IMG/VR virus record: IMGVR_UViG_3300023199_000212 | Span: 1 to 52,958 of that record | Reading direction: 5' to 3' (one strand) | Origin: a virus | Lineage: Duplodnaviria; Caudoviricetes | Length of the DNA stretch: 52,958 bases | Shown: one piece after another, positions 34,663-41,923 of the stretch | How positions within the stretch are numbered: position 1 is the first letter of the stretch | Layout: the number at the start of each line of letters is the position of its first letter | The notes under the pieces: generated by a model | What the model was told of the DNA's origin: nothing | Databases searched by the model: none | Seen by the model: only the letters and a program-made list of their open reading frames with translations | Position numbers and translations under genes: made by a program

Positions 34663-36155
34663 CGTGCTGCTGCCTTTCGGTTGCTGGCGGTGCGACCGCG
34701 CGCCTGACGACGCGCGACCGCGGCCCGGCCGTAGGTGTAGGGGTAGAAGGCCATGGCGCAGGCGTCGCCCTTGTCCGGCGAGGCCTCGCCCGTGCGCTTG
34801 GTGAACTGCTCCTTGGACTCGAGCTTGAGGCGGCCACCGCCGAGCTTGCCGTCCGCCGTGGCGTACTGACGGGTCGACAGCTCGCGGATCAGGTCGGGAT
34901 CCTTCGGAATGTGGATCGCACGCGCCTTCACGAGGCGCGCCAGCTCGAACATCGCCTCGGTCATGGCGTCGTAGTAGGTGTCCGAGTGGTAGGCGCGGCC
35001 CGCGTTGTGGAACTCGTGGACGCGCTTGTTGCGGTTGTAGAAGATGTGCATGACGCCTTGGCCCATGCCGTCGGCGTCGCACACGAACGTGGTCTCGTCG
35101 TCCGACCAGCCCGCGCGCTTCTGCATCTCGAAGGCGCGGGCGACGAGGATGCTGGGTTCCGTGCGCGACATCGCCATGCCCTCGACGACCGCCAGCCCGG
35201 ATCGTCGGTAGAGGACGTTCTTGTCGCCGCCGTAGCGCGCGAAGTCGAGCCCGAACTGGCGCGCTTCCATGTCTGTCGGCATCATCGAGAGGATCCGGCG
35301 GTCGGCCACGCACTTGACCATGTCGTTCCGCGCGCAGGCCTCCAAGTCGTCGGAGTTCATGACGCAGCGCGGATCCTGGAGAGGGAACTCGCCCAGCACG
35401 CGGATGCGCCACACGTCGCTGTCCTCGCCGTACTGCTCGCGGATGCGGTCGATGTTGTCCGGATCGACGATGGGGGAGTCGAGCGCCGAGAACGTGTGCG
35501 TGTAGAAGCGCCCGCGCATCGACGTGAAGAACTTGAAGAACTCGCAGTCGCGCGAGTTCGGGTTCCCGCAGGCCAGGAAGAAGCGGTCACCGGCAGTGCC
35601 GTCCGAGCGCTTCTGCGTCAGCGTGCCGAAGATCGTCTCGAAGATGGCGGAGTCCACGCCCGATGCCTCGTCCACGACGAAACTCATGTTCGGGTGGTGG
35701 AGGCCCTGCGCGTTCTCCGCGCGCGTCGCCGCGAAGCCGACGACGCCCCAGTCCTTCATCCCGTTGATCACGATGCGCGTGGCCTGCACGTCGAACATGC
35801 TCGTGATCAGCGGGTCTCCCCGCTCCAGCATGCGCCGCGCCTCCTTGAGGAACACGTCCTTGACCTGGCGCATGGTGGGCGCGGTGACGTAGGTAGGGGC
35901 GCCGTACGATCGGAACGCGCGCCAGCAGGCGACGAGCGATTCGAGGTTGGTCTTGCCGACGCCCTGCCCCGACTTGACCGCTCCGAAGTACGGACGCCCC
36001 TGTGTGACGTTGATCTGGTCGAGCACCTCGCGCTGCTGCGCGGTCGGGTGGATGTCCTCACCGCCGTACCGCCCGAACCACCCGGCTGCGTAGCCGAACC
36101 TGTACACGTCGGAGCGCAGGAGACGGTAGAGCCGCTCGAACGTCGGGGCCGACAT
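34659..36155 (-). CDS. terL: terminase large subunit
   Basis: Walker A KSGQGVGKT, Walker B VVDEASG, GNP, RVLGEFP, nuclease GLDFARYGGD and SPDKGDA. Confidence 0.95.
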   Translation of the reverse strand: MSAPTFERLYRLLRSDVYRFGYAAGWFGRYGGEDIHPTAQQREVLDQINVTQGRPYFGAVKSGQGVGKTNLESLVACWRAFRSYGAPTYVTAPTMRQVKDVFLKEARRMLERGDPLITSMFDVQATRIVINGMKDWGVVGFAATRAENAQGLHHPNMSFVVDEASGVDSAIFETIFGTLTQKRSDGTAGDRFFLACGNPNSRDCEFFKFFTSMRGRFYTHTFSALDSPIVDPDNIDRIREQYGEDSDVWRIRVLGEFPLQDPRCVMNSDDLEACARNDMVKCVADRRILSMMPTDMEARQFGLDFARYGGDKNVLYRRSGLAVVEGMAMSRTEPSILVARAFEMQKRAGWSDDETTFVCDADGMGQGVMHIFYNRNKRVHEFHNAGRAYHSDTYYDAMTEAMFELARLVKARAIHIPKDPDLIRELSTRQYATADGKLGGGRLKLESKEQFTKRTGEASPDKGDACAMAFYPYTYGRAAVARRQARGRTASNRKAAAR

Positions 36156-36802
36156 CACGCATCCTCGGGCGTGTCCAGCCCCCGCAGCTCGTCGTCCGAG
36201 CGCGGCTCCCAGTTCTCCGGCGCGCCCCAGGTCTCGACCTCGGGCGGGTCGTCCGGCGTCGAGAACTCGGCGTCGATGACCTTGGTCGAGCCATCCGGGC
36301 CGTCGAGCGCGCTGACGCGGCGGATGAGCGCAGCGATGTCGCCCCCGCCCTCGTCCTGCTTGTAGAGGCCGTGGAGGCGCATCCACTCCTTGAGCACCTT
36401 GACCTCGGCGTCAAGGTCGCAGGCGTGCGCGGCCCGGCGCATGAGATCCTCGAGCCTGTCGCTGGCGATAGCGCGCAGCTCCGTGGTGGTCTCGCGCATT
36501 CGGTCGGCCAGCTCGCGCCGGGCCTCTTGAATGACGGCGCGGGCCACCTTCACCGTGAACTTGAAGACCTTGCGCAGGTGCTGCTCCGTCCACGACGTTC
36601 CCTTGGCCGTCACGAGCTGGGCGACCTCGGCGAGGAAGAGCGCCCTCCTGTCCCCGTCGTCGACGAACGCCACGGCCCCCGGCAGCGGTTGGGTGTCCTG
36701 CGCGTCGCGCAGAGCGAGGGCCCGCGCGTGCCGGTGCTCGCTGTACAGGCGTCCGATGACGGCGCGCGCCTTGGCAGTGCTCATGGGCCGTAGATCGTCC
36801 AC
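36155..36802 (-). CDS. terS: probable terminase small subunit
   Basis: Directly upstream of terL; helical, acidic C-terminus; start may be 36784. Confidence 0.6.
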   Translation of the reverse strand: MDDLRPMSTAKARAVIGRLYSEHRHARALALRDAQDTQPLPGAVAFVDDGDRRALFLAEVAQLVTAKGTSWTEQHLRKVFKFTVKVARAVIQEARRELADRMRETTTELRAIASDRLEDLMRRAAHACDLDAEVKVLKEWMRLHGLYKQDEGGGDIAALIRRVSALDGPDGSTKVIDAEFSTPDDPPEVETWGAPENWEPRSDDELRGLDTPEDA

Positions 36803-36875
36803 ATGTCTAGCTTACCTGTAGATGCCTCGCGCGTGGCTATATATGGTAGTATGTATATAGCCTACACAGCACGCC

Positions 36876-37289
36876 ATGACAGCTCTGGACACTGCCTACC
36901 TAGCGGGCCTGCTCGACGGAGAGGGTTTCATCGGTCTCTGCTCTAACGGCAGAGCAGTCCCACAACCCGTCGTACAGATCGGGATGACTCACCTTCAGAT
37001 TCTTGAGTGGGCCTCTACCAGCTTTGGGGGCAAGGTCTCTCTTCTAGGTCGCCCTAGAAAGCCCAAAGCCCACAAGCAATGTTACCTGTGGAGAACGAGA
37101 GACACTCAGGCGGTAGCCAACCTACTTGCTCGAGTCGTTCCGTTCCTGAAGATAAAGAAGAAGGCTGCCGTCCTAGTTCTGGACTACTGCAATCGTCGAC
37201 TGAACAACGAATACATGAGCAGCACCGCGGCAGAGGAGTTTCTTGCCCGCTCGAAAGACCTGAACAGAAAAGGACCGCGCGCGGCCTAG
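36876..37289 (+). mobile_element. free-standing single-motif LAGLIDADG homing endonuclease gene
   Basis: AYLAGLLDGEGFI, QIGMT, FGG.V, YLWR, VPFLKIKK; lower GC; opposite strand to neighbours. Confidence 0.9.
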
Positions 37290-37322
37290 GGAAAGCCCCT
37301 CTGCCTCGGTGATGTTCCACGA

Positions 37323-37353
37323 AACAGGCCCCGCCGCATTGCACGACGGGGCC
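37323..37353 (-). terminator. terminator downstream of spanin genes
   Basis: GGCCCCGTCG/CGGCGGGGCC stem followed by TGTTT on minus strand. Confidence 0.55.
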
Positions 37354-37375
37354 CTACCACAAAGGGTTCGCCGGG

Positions 37376-37621
37376 CTACTCGCCTTCGCCCAGCTGCTTC
37401 TTGTTCAGATGGAGGGCGTACCAGCCCTCGGGGATGGTCATCGCGGACGGCTCCCACTCGCCGTTCACCTTCACCCACACCTTCGCCTTCACGGGCTCGC
37501 GGAGCCGGACGACATCGCCGTTCTGCACGTAGACCGTGCGGCGCTGGAACAGGCTAGTCCCGCAGCCGGTCGCGAGCAGCAGCAGCGAGACGATCGCGAA
37601 GGTCCGAAGTGTCTGACGCAT
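37376..37621 (-). CDS. lipoprotein, o-spanin (Rz1-like) candidate
   Basis: Signal peptide with lipobox LATGC; in lysis cluster. Confidence 0.7.
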   Translation of the reverse strand: MRQTLRTFAIVSLLLLATGCGTSLFQRRTVYVQNGDVVRLREPVKAKVWVKVNGEWEPSAMTIPEGWYALHLNKKQLGEGE

Positions 37622-37697
37622 CGGTCTGTCCTGCGGGTTTGAGGTTGAGGAAGAGAGGGAGGATCGCCTTGAGGAGAGCCAGGATCGCTGCCCACAC
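37554..37697 (-). CDS. i-spanin (Rz-like) candidate, 47 aa (not in ORF track)
   Basis: MWAAILALLKAILPLFLNL...DLRDRLAAAARDRLRD*; N-terminal hydrophobic helix; overlaps lipoprotein gene in another frame. Confidence 0.6.
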   Translation of the reverse strand: MWAAILALLKAILPLFLNLKPAGQTDASDTSDLRDRLAAAARDRLRD

Positions 37698-37700
37698 GGC

Positions 37701-38138
37701 CTAACCCTCGCCGAGGTGCAGGCCCAGCTCCACGTCGTCGATCTCGTCCACGTCGCCCTGCGCCTGCGCGGACTTCACATCGCCTTGCTGGACGGTGTAG
37801 CCCGCCGCCGCGAGGCCGCTGAGGGCGAAGCCCGCGATCTGCTGGACGGTCTCGCTGGCGCCCGCGTCGGCCAGCTCCGGCACGACGACGCCGCCGACGG
37901 CCGCCACGGCCGAGAGCCAGAACTCGGTGGTCTTGATGCCCGGACGGCCGGTGGCCTCGATCGCCGCGCGGACCTTCTTCTCGCCCGCCCGCGAGGCCGT
38001 GTAGCCCGCAGCACCGATCGCGGCCAGGGCCGCGCCCGCGATGGAGCCGACGGTGCCCGTGGCGCCCGCGAGGATCACGAGGCCCGCGATCGTCGCGAGG
38101 AGGGAGAGGAGAAACTCGGTTCGAAGGAATCGCTTCAT
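37701..38138 (-). CDS. holin-like membrane protein with internal duplication
   Basis: GGAGG RBS; two copies of TEF(L/W)LS...AAGYT; about four TM helices. Confidence 0.7.
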   Translation of the reverse strand: MKRFLRTEFLLSLLATIAGLVILAGATGTVGSIAGAALAAIGAAGYTASRAGEKKVRAAIEATGRPGIKTTEFWLSAVAAVGGVVVPELADAGASETVQQIAGFALSGLAAAGYTVQQGDVKSAQAQGDVDEIDDVELGLHLGEG

Positions 38139-38176
38139 GGTGTTGCCTCCAAAGGTGCTGTGTCCAGTATAGCTGA

Positions 38177-38824
38177 TCAGGTCAGCTGGAAGAATCTGTC
38201 TAGGAAAGCCCGTCGAGCCCTCCTGGGGCCCCACGGCGTGATGGGTGCGACGTTCGTGGGGCGGCGCTGGTCCCAGTACTCGATGTGCGTGCTGTCCTCG
38301 CCGCCGTGGGACATGAGGTCGATCATCTCGCGGCCGAGCATCAGCAGGTCGGCCGTCTTGATCCGGCGCTTCTGCAGCGACAGGTTCCTCGCGTACTGCG
38401 CGCCGATCTCGTCCGCGGACAGGTCGGCGAGCGGAACCGGCACGTCGAAGGCGTAGCGAATCACCACGTCCCAGCGCGACTCGAGCCCCTTCCACACGTC
38501 GCGCAGCTGGTCCTTGGACTTGAGCGGCGACACCAGGTCGCCCATGTAGGCCTCCGGCGCGTCGTGCATCAGGAAGGCCAGCGCGTCCTCCTCGGGGACG
38601 AGGAAGCTGCCAAGCACGCTGTGCTGGGCGACGGAGTAGAACGCGCGGACGTGGCCCCCGAATCGAACGCTCATGGAGAGCGCATGCGCGATGTCGAGGA
38701 TGTCGATCTGCTTCTCGAGGAGCGCGCGCTCGGGGTCGGCGATGTCGATCTTGCGGCCGGTGTACGTGCGGGCCCAGCCGTGCATGCGCGCGCCTTCGAT
38801 GTCAATCAGCCCTGCTGCGTCCAT
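38177..38824 (-). CDS. HD-domain phosphohydrolase (YfbR/YfdR 5'-deoxynucleotidase-like)
   Basis: DIAHALS..RFGGH..YSVAQHS, LMHDAPEAYMGD..SPLK. Confidence 0.9.
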   Translation of the reverse strand: MDAAGLIDIEGARMHGWARTYTGRKIDIADPERALLEKQIDILDIAHALSMSVRFGGHVRAFYSVAQHSVLGSFLVPEEDALAFLMHDAPEAYMGDLVSPLKSKDQLRDVWKGLESRWDVVIRYAFDVPVPLADLSADEIGAQYARNLSLQKRRIKTADLLMLGREMIDLMSHGGEDSTHIEYWDQRRPTNVAPITPWGPRRARRAFLDRFFQLT

Positions 38825-38827
38825 CTG

Positions 38828-39142
38828 TCACTCCTCGGTGTAAATCGTGTAGCAGCGTGCGTAGGCGAGGCCCCACTCCGGGCCGTGGTCCTCGACATAC
38901 GGCCCTTCCTGCCACGCCAGAGCGTGCGCCCACTCGTGGAGGAGAGCATCTACTGTGCTCTCCCACGAGAGTCGTGGGTCGATCTGGATGTAGAAGTAGC
39001 CGTTCCTGAGTGCGCACTCGGCCTGTGCGTCCGCGACGAGCAGACGCCGGACCTGAACAGGCAGGAGCGGCGGCGCTTCCTCACGCAGTCGCCGGAGGAG
39101 GGCACGGAACTTCGTGAGACAGAAGCGAGTGGGTGCGCTCAC
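38828..39142 (-). CDS. small HExxH zinc metallopeptidase (SprT/ImmA-like)
   Basis: LLHEWAH...DHGPEW. Confidence 0.75.
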   Translation of the reverse strand: MSAPTRFCLTKFRALLRRLREEAPPLLPVQVRRLLVADAQAECALRNGYFYIQIDPRLSWESTVDALLHEWAHALAWQEGPYVEDHGPEWGLAYARCYTIYTEE

Positions 39143-40368
39143 GCCGCCAGCAGCTCCTGGTCGGCCATCGCGATGAAGTTGCCCACGGGGCCCAGCTCGC
39201 GGTGGTAGACGTACGCCTCGGCGGCGCGCAGGCCGATGTAGCCCTTGTTGTAGTGCCACGCGTCCACGCCCGAGAGCGACGGGATGCGCCGGAGGACGAT
39301 GCCCTCCATGGTGTTCACGGCTTGCACCCGCGACTCCCGCTTCAAGTGCAGGTGTCCGGTGTGGATCTCGTAGTAGCTCGCCTTCGCCCAGTCCTGCTTC
39401 GCCTCCATGGGCATCAGGTTGACGAGGCGGCTGTCCGGGGTCTTGTCACCGTGCGTGTAGCAGATGAGCGTCTGGCCGTAGCGGTCGTACTTCCGCGTGT
39501 TGAACGCGATATCGACGGTGACGGCGTCGTGGCATCGGAACCACGCGCGCAGCTCGCGCGCGAGGTGGTACATGACCGTCGGGTCGTGGTTGCCCATGAC
39601 GAGGACCAGGCTCACGGGCGCGAGGGAGGCGCAGGCCTCGATCATGCGCACGAGGGACATGAACGCCGTCTCGACCAGCTTGGCGTAGCGACCCTCGGTG
39701 TCGGCGCCCTGCGGTGTGCCCGCCTGCGTCGTCAGCATGATGTTGTCGACGTGCATGAAGTCGTTGCCGAAGGGGATCGTGATGCGCTCCAGGTCGAAGC
39801 CGCCCGCGTACGCCATGAGCCGCTTCCATGCGCGCTCGAAGAACCCCTCTGCCAGCTCGAGGTCGTAGTTGTTGCCCGTCTCCTCGTGCCAGCAGAGCTT
39901 GCCGAAGTGCTGGTCGTAGAGCGACAGCACGAGATTGTGATCGCCGGTCGCGCTGTGGAAGTCGGTCGGGCCGTCGTAGCAGGGGCTGTGCTTCTCAGCG
40001 CGCTCGTGGATGGCCTCGAGGGCGTCGGTGAGCCCCTCCCGCGCCTTGCGCTTGAGCCAGACCTTCACCTGCCACAGGCCCTTCGCGGCGGCCTCGCCGT
40101 CGCCGTTCACGTAGCCCATGTCCCACTTGTTGATGACGCTTCGCTCGACCTCCCAGATCGCGGTGTCGATCTCTGCGTAGCTCAGCGCGTCCTCGACGGT
40201 GCGGATCTCGGAGACGACCTCGATCACGCGCTCCTTGCCGCCCTTGCGGGTCTCATCCGTGACGCCCGCGGCCTCGCGCTTGGGGGGCCGAAGCTCGCTC
40301 CCCTGTTCACGCGCCGCCATGATGGCGGCGTACTCCGTGGGCGACAGACGGATGCGCGGGGTGCCCAT
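39139..40368 (-). CDS. calcineurin-like metallophosphoesterase
   Basis: DQHFG, GND, GNHD, THGD, GHLH motifs. Confidence 0.88.
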   Translation of the reverse strand: MGTPRIRLSPTEYAAIMAAREQGSELRPPKREAAGVTDETRKGGKERVIEVVSEIRTVEDALSYAEIDTAIWEVERSVINKWDMGYVNGDGEAAAKGLWQVKVWLKRKAREGLTDALEAIHERAEKHSPCYDGPTDFHSATGDHNLVLSLYDQHFGKLCWHEETGNNYDLELAEGFFERAWKRLMAYAGGFDLERITIPFGNDFMHVDNIMLTTQAGTPQGADTEGRYAKLVETAFMSLVRMIEACASLAPVSLVLVMGNHDPTVMYHLARELRAWFRCHDAVTVDIAFNTRKYDRYGQTLICYTHGDKTPDSRLVNLMPMEAKQDWAKASYYEIHTGHLHLKRESRVQAVNTMEGIVLRRIPSLSGVDAWHYNKGYIGLRAAEAYVYHRELGPVGNFIAMADQELLAA

Positions 40369-41088
40369 CTAGAACACCCCTGCGTCCGTCATGCGCTGGT
40401 GGACCGCAAAGAACTGCGCCTGCGGGCCGAGCAGCGCATCCTCTCCTTCGATCCGAATGAACTTGCCGAAGTACTCCTCGGCATTGCGCAGTCGGGTGCG
40501 CGTGTCGCCGTCGAAGACCGCGACTACGCCCCCGTGCTCGACATCCGCGACGGCGTCGAGGTACTTGCGCCGAAGGGCCGCCATCTTGTCGACGTTGCCC
40601 TCGTAGAACTCCGGCTTCTTGCCCGCGTCCCGGACGGCCCGACGGCGGCAACTCTCCTGCGCCGTCACGTCGATGAAAACGGTAGCGGTGGGGCGCGGGA
40701 GGAAACGCTCGTAGTTGTCCGTGATCAGGGGCATGAGCGCGGACTGGTCACGCTGGTAGACGAGCGAGGACAGGATGTACCGGACGAGCACCACGTCCTC
40801 GCCTCGGTTGAGCCGCTCGTGCAGGCGACGGCCCGTGTCCAGGTTGTCGCACTGGTAGAGCTGCCCGATGAGCCGCTTGATGAACTCCGGCTCGTAGTGC
40901 TCGTAGTCCTGCAGCAGGCGGTCGATGTGCCTGCCGAAGCCCGCCTCGCGATCCGGCAGGTTCAGGCGGCGGACCGTACGGCCTTTCCGGCGCAGGTGCG
41001 CTGTGAGGTGGTCGGCCATGGTGTCCTTGCCGCTCGCGTCAATCCCCTCGAAGACGAAGAGGCGGCCCGGTGTCAAGGTGCGAGTCAT
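40369..41088 (-). CDS. tmk: thymidylate (dNMP) kinase
   Basis: P-loop FEGIDASGKDT, RY..SSLVYQ, PTATVFIDV. Confidence 0.85.
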   Translation of the reverse strand: MTRTLTPGRLFVFEGIDASGKDTMADHLTAHLRRKGRTVRRLNLPDREAGFGRHIDRLLQDYEHYEPEFIKRLIGQLYQCDNLDTGRRLHERLNRGEDVVLVRYILSSLVYQRDQSALMPLITDNYERFLPRPTATVFIDVTAQESCRRRAVRDAGKKPEFYEGNVDKMAALRRKYLDAVADVEHGGVVAVFDGDTRTRLRNAEEYFGKFIRIEGEDALLGPQAQFFAVHQRMTDAGVF

Positions 41089-41185
41089 AGGCGACGGTCT
41101 CCTAAGGTGCGTAGGTCCAGTTTATCTGGACATGCCAAGGGTGCGTGTAGAAGCTGGTCCGCTTAGCCAGACCGGCTGAGGCGTG

Positions 41186-41509
41186 CTAGGCCTCGTCGGT
41201 GCAGCAGTCGATCAGGAAGCGCATCGCCATGGCGGCGAGCTGGACGGCTTCCTTGCGCTTGCTGGTCTCACGAGCGACGATGCCGTCGCGGTCGAAGCGG
41301 AGGGGCTTGGACTTGATCACGTCCCACAGCTCCTCGAACTCTTCCTTGATGACGGCGTAGCCCTCGTGCTCGCTCGCCATGGGGCCGAACAGGTCCGTGG
41401 CGCGGCCCAGCTCGCAGCTGACGAGCGCAAGCGCAGTCGGTACGTCGATGCGGGGGAGGGAGAGGGTGGCGCCCTTGGGCGTACCCGTGGTGTCTAGGTG
41501 CTGTTCCAT
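41186..41509 (-). CDS. MazG-like NTP pyrophosphohydrolase
   Basis: HEGYAVIKEEFEELWD...EAVQLAAMAMRF all-alpha pattern. Confidence 0.7.
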   Translation of the reverse strand: MEQHLDTTGTPKGATLSLPRIDVPTALALVSCELGRATDLFGPMASEHEGYAVIKEEFEELWDVIKSKPLRFDRDGIVARETSKRKEAVQLAAMAMRFLIDCCTDEA

Positions 41510-41575
41510 GGTGCGTCGTCTTTCTTGGCCGGGTGCGGCGGCCGGGTGAAGGGGGCGGTGCTAGCGCCCTTGGTG

Positions 41576-41896
41576 CTACTCTCTAGATGCCCAGTAGCAC
41601 ACGATCGCGACTTGGTCCTCGATCGTCGTGCGTACCTCGAACCTCTTCTTCTCTGCGACCTCTTCCGGGATGTAGCGGTTGAGTGCCTGCCGGATGCTCA
41701 CGCGGAACTTCTCCAGCTCTCGGTCGGGCGGCACGTTCACGATGATGGTCTCCTTGTGCTTCATCGCGCATGCCGCCTCGACCAGATCGTCGTATTTCGA
41801 CGGCTGCTGACCCGCCTCTCGCTTGAAGGTGACCTCGTCGGCCTTCTTGCCCTTGCTGAACGTGATTCCCGCCTTGTCTTTGTCTCGCTTGCTCAT
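41576..41896 (-). CDS. hypothetical protein
   Basis: GGAGA RBS; 106 aa. Confidence 0.65.
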   Translation of the reverse strand: MSKRDKDKAGITFSKGKKADEVTFKREAGQQPSKYDDLVEAACAMKHKETIIVNVPPDRELEKFRVSIRQALNRYIPEEVAEKKRFEVRTTIEDQVAIVCYWASRE

Positions 41897-41923
41897 AGGA
41901 GTGTCTCCATCCGTAGACTACCC

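Noticed and set aside
10550-38183. 13-bp match AGCTGATCAGGTC at 10550 and 38171 as att-like sites
   Set aside because: A single 13-bp match is plausible by chance in 53 kb of GC-rich DNA, and no recombinase is present
41116-41132. GTCCAG-N5-CTGGAC palindrome and scattered GTCCAG hexamers as a LexA-type box
   Set aside because: Spacing and orientation are inconsistent between occurrences; cannot be tied to a known consensus
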